From Squalus acanthias (Eukaryota), in contig CM059432.1 in assembly GCA_030390025.1 (NCBI GenBank), forward strand, positions 75,394,001 through 75,458,000: DNA of 64,000 nt, read 5' to 3'. The position numbers were made by a program, and so were the translations under genes. Positions 39,309 to 51,207 of this stretch are shown here, piece by piece (the stretch's first letter is position 1; each line of letters opens with the position of its first letter). The notes beneath the pieces are model-generated. The model was not told the origin of the DNA. It did not search any database and saw only the letters and a list, made by a program, of their open reading frames with translations.

Positions 39309-41291
39309 CTATTTGTGCACTATCTTTCTCTTACGCGTGCTCCTACGTGGTGCTTCCCCTGTGGCTTCAGCAGATGTGGAGGCCCACTGCTCACTTTCTT
39401 GCTGCTCCTCTCTCGACACCTTTGGCGAGCGTCCTCTGGGGTTGCGAACCTGTGAGGGCTCGCCAACAGTCTGCTGCTCCTGCGGCTGTGCAGGGGTTGA
39501 GACGCCGATCTCAGTTGGGTGAGGACTCTGGTGGGGCTTTGACCGAGGACTTGTCAGTGGCATGGAAGTGTGAGTGCTTGGAGAGGAGCCCCCACTTCCT
39601 TGTTCTCTGCAAACAACATCCCTCTCATGGGTCAGGTCCACCTCAGCGCTTGCAAGTGGATTGAGAGCACCTTGCTGCACATCAGGGGGGCCATGGGGAC
39701 CCGTATCTGCACTGGAAGTCCTACTCAGAAGGACTTCCATGAAGGTCTGGTTTCTGTGTTCAATAGATTACCATCGCTCCTCCAGAGATGGCATTCTATT
39801 CTGAACACTCACCATGTTTTCTGCACTCTGGCGACTTATCTCTTCCATGGCCGCAGCCATCCTCTCGTCTACTGTAGCCATCCTTTTGACGGAGGTTGCC
39901 ATCATTTGCACGGAGGTTGCCATCCTATCCGTGGCGATGCGTTCATGCGCCAATGACTCCACAAAGGCTCTGCTCATGTTCGCAATGGACTCCTCCATTT
40001 GCTCCACACTCGCAGCGACCCTGGAGACAAAACCTGCCAGAGACTCCTGCATCTGTTCCTGGAGTTCCAGCACCACTGATCTTATGGATGGACCCAGAGG
40101 CAGAGGGTCGACATGCAGCTGAGCCGAGCTAGGAGAGTCCTGCGCCCTCCGACTAGGACTCTCCACTGCTGTTTCCTGTCTCCACTATCTGCTGATGCTC
40201 ACTTGTGAGCTGTGATACACCAGGTGACAACACTACTCTATCTCGCGATGTTCCCTCCGAGGTGTGAGTGTCTGCGCTGGTGTTGGGTGCGCTGAATTCT
40301 GCTGATGCTGTGCCCTCAGAGGTTGCAGCTTCCTTTGAGGAGTCTTGAGGCTCATGCTCTTTCTCCTGGATAGTGGGGACGGGTGCTTGCGATGGTCCTG
40401 GGGGGGGGTGTAAAGGAAAGAGTCAGAGATGTGAGGCCAAGGTTACACATTGCATATTGCAGATGATCATACGTCCATCTGTTAGAGCTTCAGAATTATT
40501 ATCAGCGACTCATGCAATGTCATTGAGAGAGATGGAAAACTATTCTGTCACCAGCTTGCTGTGATGCGCCCGTCTGTCCATCCCCCACTTGGGAATCTTC
40601 CTCCACTCCCACCATCTCCAGGACCGCCTCCTCCCAGGTGGTGAGCTGGGCTACTGAGGGTGGCCCTCCTCCTGTCCTCGCTCTTTCCCTCTTATTGTGA
40701 GCTCTCTTTTCCTGCAATGAGGGAGACAAGTGGAGTTTAAGTGAGAATGAAGGAGTGAGTATAGTGAATCCATAGCATAGATGCTTAGAAGGAGACAAAG
40801 ATGGAGTGAGGTGGCAAGACCAAGGGCCCTCCCTGTGTGTTGTAAGTTGTAATTGCATCACAGTGATAGGGAGTGTGAGGGCTGCATAGTCGAATAGTTA
40901 GGTGAATGTGACCATAGAGAGAGAGGGAATGGGTAAGGGTGCATGGATGTCAGTGTCAAGTGGGATGTGGAGGAAGAGATTGCTAAAGCTGAGTGCTGGT
41001 GAGGAGAGGCAATGGGGATCAGATTGAGGGTGATGGGGAATTCATACTCACTTTTCCAGTGCGCAGAAGGTCATGAAGCCTCTTCCTGCACTGAAGCCAG
41101 GTTCTGCGGGTTACTGACAAAGAGTTGACCTCCTCTGCCACCTGGATCCACACAGCCTTGGTTTGCTGGGGAGGCTTCTTCCTCCCTGAAGAAGGGAAGA
41201 GCACCTCTTTGTTTGCTCTTGCTCCCTCTACTAAAGCCTGCAGGGCAACGTCATCAAAGCGGGGTGCAGACCTAGGTCTCTGGCTGGCCAT
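39309..41291 (-). pseudogene. Harbinger Myb/SANT-like DNA-binding gene; exons 41291-41052, 40711-40552 and 40397-39309
   Basis: GT-AG introns with compatible phases; trihelix/SANT tryptophans (VWIQVAEEV..RTWLQCRKR); C-terminal basic PRRSTRKRK; frameshift near 40170 and in-frame TAA at 39768-39770. Confidence 0.87.
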
Positions 41292-42259
41292 TCTTCCTGC
41301 AGGTGCCTCTAACATGCAAGGGCAAAAGCTTGGCAGTCTGCAGAAGAAGCAAGGCTTGTTGCAGACCTTAAATGCAGCAGCAATGATGACGTCATCGGAG
41401 GCGACTTTCAGACTGGAAAAACTCACTGGCCATGGGTTCCCGCACGTTGGAACTCAATTGGCCAATTAGGTTAAAATGGCATCAATCTCCCACATCGATT
41501 TAGAAACGGGTGGCTAACACGAAATGCGGATTACACGACCCTAGCCCGCCCCAGTATCAAAATCCAGCTCAATAAGTCCAAGAGTACGTGGTCGTAAAAG
41601 ATCCCATGGCACTATTCAAAGAAGAGCAGGGGAGTTCTCCCTGGTGTCCTGGCTAATATTTATCCCTCAACCAACAGCTAATACACCCAACACCTAATAT
41701 GGCTGTACTCTGAAATGGAAAATTCTATCCTTTTATTTTTTTTGAAATGGTTGAAAACTGCAAGTACAGTCCTCAAAGGCATAAACTCCAATACTTAGAT
41801 TTTCACCTAGTATGTTTCACTAATGATAAAAGGATGTTGGTTCTCATGGGATTTTTAATGGTGTAGGGGAGAAAATTGAGAAGGAAAAAAGAACACCCAC
41901 AATAAAAGTGAATTGCATCCTCAAAGGATAGCTGCCGGTTTTGCTGATTTGCTGAACAAATCAAAAAAAAGGTGGCCTTCTGCTCACCAAGGCTGGTGAC
42001 CTTTGATATCAATGGAAGGAATCATAGGTAGGTGATTGTTGCCTGAGGACATCATATATGAACTCTTGGGATCGTTTCCACAACAGCACTGACAGTCCCA
42101 GGCAGAAACAGAGGGCTGAATTTGAATGGAGAAGGCAGATTTGGGGCGGGGGTGGGGGGGTGAATTCCGAAGCAGTCGGGAAATCCGGGAGAACGGGTTT
42201 CCCTCAGGCCCTGCCAAATTAACAGCAGGGCCTGGTTTGCATGGGAAGCCTCTGTTTAG

Positions 42260-44061
42260 ATCAAAGATAGAGGCTTATAATGTTGCCAAAAAGAGTCGTA
42301 AGCCTGAGGATTGGGAGGATTTTAGAATTCAGCAAAGCAGGACCAAGAAATTGATAAAGAAACAGAAAATAGAATATGAGAGTAAACTAGCAAAAGACAT
42401 AAAAACAGACTGTAAAAGCTTCTATAGGTATGTAAAAAGGAAAAGATTAGCGAAAGTAAATGTGGGTCCCTTACAGGCTGAGACAGGAGAAATTATAATG
42501 GGGAATAAGGAAATGGCAGAGAAATTAAACAAATACTTTGGGCTAGATTTTACCTGCCGAGACGAGTTGGGAGCGGGACTGCTGCCTTCTGGGTTCTATT
42601 CCTGCCCCCAGCGACGTCCGATGCACAGATGCTATTTTCCCCTGATTGGCCTTGTTAAGCCCACCCTGTGGGCTTGCCGGCCAATTAAAGAAAAGCCGGT
42701 GTCAGATGACGTCAGTTGATGACGCTTCATCTGCCGGTTTTCTTATAAAGGGAAATGATCCATTTCTTTTTGACAGATGATTTGACAGTGTTTGACAGCA
42801 TTGAGGTGCTGTCAAACACTGACAATCACTGTACAAAGGTGAGCCCTTGCACCCAGGCTCTCCAATGACTCTCTCCTTAGGATAAAACAGATGACAGCTG
42901 CAGGTGAGGGTACAGAAGCGATCTGTCACTTCTCCCAATGAGGTGCGGCCACACAAACACTTCAAAGCTTGTCACCTACAGAAAAATCTAAACACATTAA
43001 AAATGACTTTCCCAACATGTCCTTACCTCTGATACTCACCAGTGTCCCATTGCATCCTTCACATCACTTCTGCAGCTGTCATCTAGACACAAACATTACA
43101 ACAGACCCACATCACACCTCACTTACCCTGGCGGGGTTCCCCGATGTCGGGAAGCCCGCAGCAGTAGTCTCAAAATGGGAAAAAGCCTCTTAACTGCCTG
43201 TTAACAGGCAGTTAAGTGGCTATAATCCTCTTCCTGCCGCTAGAAGTCGGGTCCCTGCGCAAATCGGGTACCCGACTCCAGGGAAGATTGGTTGGAGGCG
43301 GGTTGGGAGCGGGTTTGGGACCCGCTCCCATTCTTTTTGATTTTCCTAGCAGTCCCGCCTCCAGACCCGCCTCCTCAGGGCTGGTAAAATCCAGCCCTTT
43401 GTGTCTGTCTTCATGGCAGAAGACGCAAAAAACTTTCCGGAAATAGTGGAGAACCAAGGCTCCAGCGAGAATGAGGAACTGAAAGAAATTAGTATTAGTA
43501 AAAAAATAGTACTGGAGAAATTAATGGGACTGAAAGCCAATAAATCCCCTGGACCTGATGGCCTACATCCTAGGGTTGTGAAAGAGGTGGCTATAGAGAT
43601 AGTGGATGCATTGGTTGTCATCTTCCAAAATTCCATAGATTCTAGAACAGCTCCTGCAGATTGGAAGGTAGCAAATGTAACCCCACTATTTAAGAAAGGA
43701 GGGAGAGAGAAAACGGGGAACTACAGACCAGTTAGCCTGACATCAGTAGTAGGGAAAATGCTAGAATCTATTATTAAGGACGTGGTAACAGGGCACTTAG
43801 AAAATAATAATAGGATTGGGTAGAGTCAACACGGATTTATGAAAGGGAAATTGTGTTTGACAAATCTGTTAGAGTTTTTTGAGGTTGTAACTAACAGAAT
43901 AGATAAGGGGGAACCAGTGGATGTGGCATGTTTGGATTTTCAGAAGGCATTCGATAAGGTGCCACACAAGAGGTTATTAAACAAAATTAGGGCTCATGGG
44001 ATTGGGGGTAATATACTAGCATGGATTGAGGATTGGTTAACGGACAGAAAACAGAAGAGTA
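42260..44061 (+). mobile_element. CR1 ORF2 internal fragment
   Basis: Homologous to 26350-27290; interrupted at AAATACTTT|GTGTCTGTC. Confidence 0.9.
42540..43397. mobile_element. Non-autonomous Harbinger derivative nested in CR1
   Basis: TIRs GGGCTAGATTTTACC / GGTAAAATCCAGCCC (14 of 15 match); TSD TTT; left part similar to 53956-54300. Confidence 0.9.
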
Positions 44062-46960
44062 GGAAGGAGGCGGGTTCTGGTTGGGATTCAGATTTTTAAC
44101 ACTTTAACTGCCCACACGCCGCCAACCCACCTGTTTATTTAGGTTAAAATTCCCCCCAAACTCTCTAAGCAATGGAGTTACACAGCTGCACACAAAGGAA
44201 GGACTGGAGCTCATGAATAATGTAGTTTGCCAATGTTTAATCAAGTGCACTGACTATAGAAAGATCTTTTCTTAATCAAGTTAATGCTACTGAGGAGCAT
44301 CAGTGCAGTAACTAGAATCTAAAAAGTCAACATAACTGATTGCAAACCTAACAGAGGAAAGTTTTGATCTTTGACAGCCAACAATGTCTGACATTTGTCA
44401 GGCTTTTATTTCCTGGGTTATACTTCACTTTTTTTTAGTCATAGAGGGTGAAACTCTATTTCGTCTGGGTAGGTGTGTGCAAATCTGCAATTTTCTTCAG
44501 CATGCCTGTGTTTTCACCCGTTCCTTGCTCTCAAATTACCCATGTGTTCAGCTACAATCCTTACTTGATCTTCAAGCCTGCTGTGCACTTGCACAAACAT
44601 GAAAAGGTTTAAAAATAGACATTTGTGGAATAAATTGGGGCTTGTCTTGACCCCCAAAAAAATACCAATTCGAGGAATGTAGGAAACAGCCATTTGCTTC
44701 TTCAAGTCTTTCTTTCTCACTGACCAGGTCCAATCAGCACTATCATGGGGTGTACTCAGTTTATTTCATCTCCTGAATCTCTGTTTATTTCTCCCTGATT
44801 CCTGAAAATAATTGAATACAATCACGTATTGGAATGTACATAGTTCAAACCCAACCAGCTGCCTTCCAGCGATGATGAACTATTGCCTGCTGGTGACATT
44901 ATCCATCGTATATACATTATATCAATGCTATAACAATAACCAAACTGAATTGCAAAATGTATTCTAGGTTTGATAAAGCAGACACTGATACACACATAAT
45001 TAATCGGTCATTTAATTTTGTAACTCTATTCAGAGTTAGAATGTTTCAGTAAACTAACATTAATAACTAGAACAGGCAATTTTCTGAGTTTGAAAGTATT
45101 TTCCCGCTGTGTGCAGCATTGAAAAAGGCTTTCTGGTGGCAGCTCAAACACAGGAATCTACCCCCAGTATTTGTCACTTTGGTGCAACTTGAATATTTTT
45201 CCAGGTGTTTCTAAAGTCAGTACTTTATTTTTTCCACTTAATAACCAGTACCAGCTAAACAAAGTAACTGTAGGCACATCAGCAATTGAACCAGTGACCT
45301 ATTTTGCTATATTTAGATTGATAGAACACATAGCCAGACACTTTCCTGCTGAGTCTCTCAGTGAACAACAGTGATGTAGTCATGAATATAGTTGCCTGCC
45401 AAGGAATTCGCCCAGGTTTGATTCCCAGCTATTGCAGTATGGAGGTGGAGCTTGAATTAGCCGACATGAAAGCTATGGTTTTCCCATTGGTATCTCACTG
45501 TAATGTTCCAAGGTTTTCTGTACTCATGGCAATAACTCGGGTCAAATTTGTCAGACACCTACCATTGTTAGTTTCATTTCACTGTACTCTTATTTTATGC
45601 CACCTAATACACACAACTATCTACCCTCTCCCCAAATAATTGTTTTGATGTAATTTTAAGAGGACTATGTAGAATAAGATAAATACTATCCAAGCCTCCA
45701 AAAATAGTAAAGTAATTTAAGGCAGTAATTCTATTCGAAACAGACATCATGGCCCTGACGGAAACTTGGTTGAGGGGTGATGACACCTTACCCTTAAATG
45801 AAGCCTCCCCGCCTGGCTATACCTTCCACCACTTGCCCTGCTCAGACTGCCGTGGTGGCGGTGTGGCTCTCATCACCCAATCACACCTTGGTCTGTCACC
45901 CTAATCCTCCAGCACTTTCTCCTCCTTTGAGTATCTCACCTTATTCCAGCCTCTCACCTCATTTAAAATTCTCGTTCTCTACTGCCCACCCAAGTATCCT
46001 AAAATTTTATTGCCGAGATATCTTCACTGCTTTCCTCCCTCAGCCTCTGCACCAAACGATTTCTCATCCTCGGTAATTTCAACCTCCATCTCAATTCATC
46101 ATGCTCTCTCTCCTCTGTGTTCACTAGCCTCCTATCCTCCCTTAATCTCTCCCTCCATGTAAACTCCCCAACCCATATTCATGGCCACCCCCTCGACCTT
46201 GCCATCTCTCGTGGGCTCGCTACTCCCATCGTGTCAATCGCAGATAAGGCCATCTCTGACCACTTCCTCGTATCGCTCTCCACCCACATCCCCCTTCCAC
46301 CCCTCCACCCCCCCTCCAACCCTTCTTCCTTCTGTGTCCGACCCTGGAAAAAACTCTCTCCCAACTCTCTTACAGCTGCACTTATGAAATTCCAACTGTC
46401 CAGCCTTCGGCCCCACATTCACCATGACATTTCTGCAGCTACCGATTTGCTCAACCACACCCTACCACCACCTAGTCCCTATTAAAACAATTACCCTCTC
46501 TCACCCTGGCCATTCCCCCTGGTACGGCTCTCATCTTCGCTCCCTTAAGTCCAAGGGACGCAGACTTGAACGGATATGACGGACAACTGGTTTAGCAATT
46601 CACCGCCAGATCTGGCTGGAACACAAAGCATTATTGGGTCCTGCTCTCATCTGCCAAAATAGCTCACTATTCCAGAATCATTCTGGAATGCAAAGATAAA
46701 CCCCAGCTTCTATTCTCCACTGCTAACCGTCTTCTTAAACACCACTCCCCTGTCTCCTCCACCCTCACCTCCAATGACAAGTGTGAGGAACTCATGGACT
46801 TCTTTGTCTCTAAGATTGAGACCATCTGTTCAGCTGCCTCTGCCACTTCCCTTCCTTCCCCTAGCCCACCAGGCCAAACTTCCTCTAAAGTTCCCCTCTG
46901 CCCTAGCCCTGAACTCACATCTTTCTCCAGTTTCTCTATGATCTCCCCTCATGACCTCTC

Positions 46961-47154
46961 TGTCGTAAGAATGAGCCTTACGCGTGGTGAACTTAAAGTA
47001 AGCTTTAATCAACTAAAAAGGTGCTACATACAAAAGAGGTCTTACTCTATGCCTCTCCAGGATCCAACTGATCAGTCCCGTATTTATCCTGGACTAATCA
47101 CAGGAAGTGATGCAATAAAGTTCGAGTCACAGGAAGCTGTATTGTGTTACCACA
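46961..47154 (-). repeat. 3' LTR of the Gypsy element
   Basis: Identical by eye to 51208-51401. Confidence 0.97.
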
Positions 47155-47166
47155 TTCTCCCCCCCC
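47155..47166 (-). promoter_or_regulatory. Polypurine tract
   Basis: Sense GGGGGGGGAGAA immediately before the 3' LTR. Confidence 0.9.
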
Positions 47167-47172
47167 AAAAGA

Positions 47173-50100
47173 TTAGGAGGCCGGGATGCTCCCTCCATTT
47201 CGTAGCCGCCGGACGAGGGAGAGCCGCACCCGTTTGGGTTCTCGTAGCGGTAGAGGGCCCCTAGCCCGTTTACCCGCCGCGGGCCGTGGACCAGAGTCCG
47301 AGTGATCCAGCCCGCTCTGTGAGGGGTCAGGACGATCCTGACTGTGTACTGGTGCCCGAACGGGTGTCGGGCAGGGCTGTGGCAGATCCGTTTCTGAGCG
47401 TATGGTACGGGGTGGATCGTGGCTGCGCGTGCGAGCCCCGACGGGCTCATAGTCAGTCTGCCCCAGGTCGGCACGCTGGAGTGAGGTACCAGCCGGCGTC
47501 AGATCCAGATCGTGATGAGAGGCACCTGGCGAGCCCAGAGATGTGCCTGGTACAATATCATCCCCTGGTGTCCCTCTATGTTTCGGCGGGCAGGGAGCCA
47601 GATCCCGCAATGACACAGTAGATTCCCGACCGTCAGGATACCGAATATAGGCGTAGGTAGGGTTGACGTCAGTGAGCTCAACCTCATCTACCAGGGGGTC
47701 ATTCTTAGACGCCCGGACATATCTTCGGAGTAGCACTGGTCCCGGTGCAGTCAGCCACGACGGGAGAGATATCCCATAGGATGAGCGACGCTGAAATCGG
47801 AAGAACCGTTCATGAGGCGTCGTATTTGTGGCGGTCGAAAGGAGGGACCGTGTGGAGTGTAATGCGTCTGGAAGTACTGCTTCCCATTGCTGGTTGGGTA
47901 GGCCCCGAGATCTCAAAGCCAGACGTACCGCATTCCAGATGATAGCGTTAAAACGCTCGACTTGCCCATTCCCGACCGGATGATAAGGCGTCGTTCTGCT
48001 GGCAGCAATACCCCGTTCCGAGAGATAGGCCTTGAGTTCTCCTGACATAAAAGAAGGGCCCCGATCCGAATGAACATAGGATGCCATGCCACAGAAAGCA
48101 AATACCTGCTCAAGGCAGCTGATAACCGTGGTCGTCAGCATATTGGGGCAGGGAAAGGCAAACGGAAAACGGGAATACTCATCGACCATGGTCAATAGAT
48201 AAGTGTTGCGAGTTGAAGAGGGCAACGGCCCCTTAAAATCAATGCTAAGCCGTTGCATTGGCTGGGTCGCATGTATGAGTATACCACCCGAGGGGCGGAA
48301 AAACTGAGGTTTCAATTCCGCACAGACTCTGCAGTCCGAGCACATCTTCTTTACATCCCCGGTAGAGAATGGGAGATTTCGGGACCGCACGAAGTGTAGC
48401 ATGCGAGTAACGCCCGGATGACACAACCCATCATGGATGTCTACGAGCGTAGAGGGTGCCATGGCGGAGCAGAATGCTCGTGTGAGGGTATCTGGAGCCA
48501 CATTCTCCTTGCCAGGTCGATAGTGGATGGTGTAACCAAAAGAGGCCAATTCCAGCCGCCAAAGCTGGATTTTATTATTTTTAATTTTGGTCTGTTTTCG
48601 ATTATCGAGCATGAAGGCGACCGATCGCTGGTCCGTGATTAAGGTAAAGTGCTGGCGAGCTAGGAGATGAGTCCACTTCCGTACTGCCTCTATGATGGCT
48701 GTAGCTTCTTTCTCGACTGGAGGATAATGTAGCTCAGCCCCTTGAAAAGTCCTGGACAAAAATGCCACCGGACGACCTTCCTGATTCAGAGTGGCCAAGA
48801 TCGCCACCTCCGAGGCATCACACTCAACAACAAAAGGAAGACTCTCATCGATGGAGTGAAGAGCCGCTTTCTCCAACTGTTTTTTCAGGAGGTTAAAGGC
48901 TGCAACAGCCGCTGTGTCTAGTGGGAATGTGCTGGCCTTCAGTAGAGGTTGGATTCGGTCCGAGAAGTTAGGAATCCATTTAGCATAGTATGCAAACAGG
49001 CCGAGGGCCCGGCGCAAGGAGGCCGGATTCTTAGGTGGCGGGAGCTCTTGGAGTGGGCGAAGCCTTTCAGGGTCAGGTTTAATGATGCCATTGCCCACAC
49101 AATAGCCAAGGATGTTGATGGTTGGTTGTGACTCAATGGATTTAGCCGCATTTAATGTCAAATTACGGTGCTGGAGTGCATCCCAAAATCGTTGGAGATT
49201 GGCGTCATGTTCCCGCTGATTGCGACCTGCGACAGTAATATTGTCCAGATAAGGAAACGTATCCTTCAAGTCTTCCTGTTTGACCAGGTCATCCATTGCT
49301 CGCTGGAAGACAGCCACTCCATTAGTGACCCCAAAGGGGAGGCGACGAAATTGATACAGCCGTCCATTGGCTTCAAAGGCCGTATACTGCTTGTCTGAGA
49401 CCTTCAAGGGTACCTGATGATAGGCACTTTTCAGATCATATGTTGAGAACACCGTGTACTCAGCCAGTTTATTAACCATATCATCGATGCGCGGCAATGG
49501 GTATGCGTCCAAGTCCGTATATTGATTGATGGTCTGTGAATAGTCAATGCACAGCCGTTTCTTGTGAGGTTGTAGAGGGTTCTTAACAATAACGACCTGG
49601 GCGCGCCATGGCGACGAACAAGGCTCGATGATATCCTCTGCTAAAAGCCGAGAAATCTCAGCCGCAATAAAAGACTGGTCTTCCTGACTGAAACGTCGTG
49701 ACTTTGTTATAATCGGTTTGCATCGAGGAGGGATACTGGTAAACAGTGAGGGTTCATCCAGTGAAGCTGCTGACAATGCACAGAACGGTAATCGAGGTCG
49801 TATATTAGAAATAGTGAGTTCAGGTTTGGATCCGCCGAACTCAATGGTGAGCTTCTTATGCTGCTTTTGAAAATCCAGTCCTAAGATAAGATCACTACAT
49901 AAGTCCTTGAGCACCGAAAGCCGGGTGGAGGGATACCGGTGACCATTAAGTGTTATTTCAACCATACAAAAGCCAGAAATTCTGGTATTAAGTGATGACT
50001 GAGCCATCGCAATTGCCTGGTCCGATGGGAAAACATGTAGCTTTAACTCTGCAACAATCTGTTCCCTAATGAAACTATCAGTGCTACCTGAGTCAATTAA

Positions 50101-51129
50101 GGCATCTAAAGTATGTCCATTAATTGATGCTTTTGTAGCTGCATGGAATAGGTTCTGAGGACAAGCAGCTGTAATTGGTGTCGTTGCACAAAGAGTGGCT
50201 GAAACTCTAGGTGTGTTTCTTCGAGAGAAAACCCGAGAGGAAGCACGATAGATTTTAGCCGGAACATCTTGATAGGCCCTTACCGGGGCAGTTCGGTAGG
50301 ACTTAGCTTGATAAGCCCTCGTAGAGGCTCTTGATAGGCAAACCTTTGCAAAATGACCCTTTTTGTTGCAATGACTGCAAAACGCATTGCGAGCAGGGCA
50401 GAATTTCCGAGGGTGAAACTCATCACCACAAAAGAAGCATTTCTTAGATTGCCAAGAGGCTGCCACAGTGGGGTCATCATCCTCTTCATCAGTGAAGTCA
50501 TCAGATTGATCGTCAGGGATAAAGTCCTCCCTAATAGAGTTCACCTGTGGCCTCTTAAATTGCCTGACTGTAGTTAAGGCAGCAGACCGAGGTCTGGGCA
50601 CTGTATAAAGGTCTGTATTTCTTTTTGCCAGATCTAGAGAGCAAGCCATGTCATAAGCTCTCTGAAGCTCAAGTGTCTTACTTTCCAGTAGACGCTGGCA
50701 TATAAATGGGGAGGCAAGCCCGCAGATGAAAGCATCACGGATCATTTCTTCACGGTACAGCTCAGCTGAGGCCGCCTGAAAGTTACAGTCCATACTAAGT
50801 CTGCGAAGCTCTTGGAGGAATTTATCAATGGATTCCTCCGGCCCTTGTTGGGCTGTAGCTAGTAGATGTCTGGCATAGACCTCATTCGGTGTCTTAGTAT
50901 ATAGTCTTTTAAGCGTCCGAATTGCCTCCTCGTAACTGCCCCATTCCTCAACATACTGAAATACATTCGGAGTGACACAGTTGATGAGTATCCGCAACTT
51001 TGTGTCATCATCAGCCTTGCAATATTCGAGAAAATTGTCAAACGTGCGATACCAGTGATTCCACACCTTACCGGCTGCTGGGGTGTTTGGGTCCAAGTCA
51101 AGACGCGATGGTTTAAGGATGTTTTCCAT
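47173..51129 (-). CDS. Gag-Pol polyprotein, 1318 aa
   Basis: Double zinc knuckle CFFCG..H..C / CSHCNKKGH..C; protease LIDSGS; RT LPFG..YLDNI; RNase H ECDAS..EKEA..TDQ; integrase HHCC and D-D-E (IDFKG, SDRG, VERFN); no env or chromodomain recognised. Confidence 0.96.
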   Translation of the reverse strand: MENILKPSRLDLDPNTPAAGKVWNHWYRTFDNFLEYCKADDDTKLRILINCVTPNVFQYVEEWGSYEEAIRTLKRLYTKTPNEVYARHLLATAQQGPEESIDKFLQELRRLSMDCNFQAASAELYREEMIRDAFICGLASPFICQRLLESKTLELQRAYDMACSLDLAKRNTDLYTVPRPRSAALTTVRQFKRPQVNSIREDFIPDDQSDDFTDEEDDDPTVAASWQSKKCFFCGDEFHPRKFCPARNAFCSHCNKKGHFAKVCLSRASTRAYQAKSYRTAPVRAYQDVPAKIYRASSRVFSRRNTPRVSATLCATTPITAACPQNLFHAATKASINGHTLDALIDSGSTDSFIREQIVAELKLHVFPSDQAIAMAQSSLNTRISGFCMVEITLNGHRYPSTRLSVLKDLCSDLILGLDFQKQHKKLTIEFGGSKPELTISNIRPRLPFCALSAASLDEPSLFTSIPPRCKPIITKSRRFSQEDQSFIAAEISRLLAEDIIEPCSSPWRAQVVIVKNPLQPHKKRLCIDYSQTINQYTDLDAYPLPRIDDMVNKLAEYTVFSTYDLKSAYHQVPLKVSDKQYTAFEANGRLYQFRRLPFGVTNGVAVFQRAMDDLVKQEDLKDTFPYLDNITVAGRNQREHDANLQRFWDALQHRNLTLNAAKSIESQPTINILGYCVGNGIIKPDPERLRPLQELPPPKNPASLRRALGLFAYYAKWIPNFSDRIQPLLKASTFPLDTAAVAAFNLLKKQLEKAALHSIDESLPFVVECDASEVAILATLNQEGRPVAFLSRTFQGAELHYPPVEKEATAIIEAVRKWTHLLARQHFTLITDQRSVAFMLDNRKQTKIKNNKIQLWRLELASFGYTIHYRPGKENVAPDTLTRAFCSAMAPSTLVDIHDGLCHPGVTRMLHFVRSRNLPFSTGDVKKMCSDCRVCAELKPQFFRPSGGILIHATQPMQRLSIDFKGPLPSSTRNTYLLTMVDEYSRFPFAFPCPNMLTTTVISCLEQVFAFCGMASYVHSDRGPSFMSGELKAYLSERGIAASRTTPYHPVGNGQVERFNAIIWNAVRLALRSRGLPNQQWEAVLPDALHSTRSLLSTATNTTPHERFFRFQRRSSYGISLPSWLTAPGPVLLRRYVRASKNDPLVDEVELTDVNPTYAYIRYPDGRESTVSLRDLAPCPPKHRGTPGDDIVPGTSLGSPGASHHDLDLTPAGTSLQRADLGQTDYEPVGARTRSHDPPRTIRSETDLPQPCPTPVRAPVHSQDRPDPSQSGLDHSDSGPRPAAGKRARGPLPLREPKRVRLSLVRRLRNGGSIPAS

Positions 51130-51195
51130 GATGGGTGATTCCCTGGATCCTTAGTTTCGAGTTCGTCCAAAAAGTTTGAGTGCGAAGTTTTTCAA

Positions 51196-51206
51196 AGTTG
51201 ATTAAA
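51196..51206 (-). promoter_or_regulatory. Putative self-priming primer-binding site
   Basis: Sense TTTAATCAACT, 1 nt after the 5' LTR, is the exact complement of LTR 51251-51261 (sense AGTTGATTAAA); no TGG tRNA-type PBS. Confidence 0.7.
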
Positions 51207-51207
51207 T

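Larger units (their letters stand above)
37262..41570 (+). mobile_element. Full-length PIF/Harbinger transposon (4.3 kb)
   Basis: Imperfect TIRs GGGCTCGAATTT / AAATCCAGCTC; 3-bp TSD AAT (37259-37261 and 41571-41573); convergent transposase and Myb genes. Confidence 0.93.
42113..44157. mobile_element. Harbinger-type MITE split by a CR1 insertion
   Basis: Left end GGGCTGAATTT (42113-42258 piece), right end TAAAATTCCCCCC (44062-44157 piece); flanks AGA and AAA. Confidence 0.55.

Noticed and set aside
47286..50577. Plus-strand ORFs inside the Gypsy element as accessory genes
   Set aside because: Short antisense shadows of the gag-pol ORF with no motifs.
51180..51207. Canonical tRNA primer-binding site
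   Set aside because: No TGG start within a few nucleotides of the 5' LTR on the sense strand.
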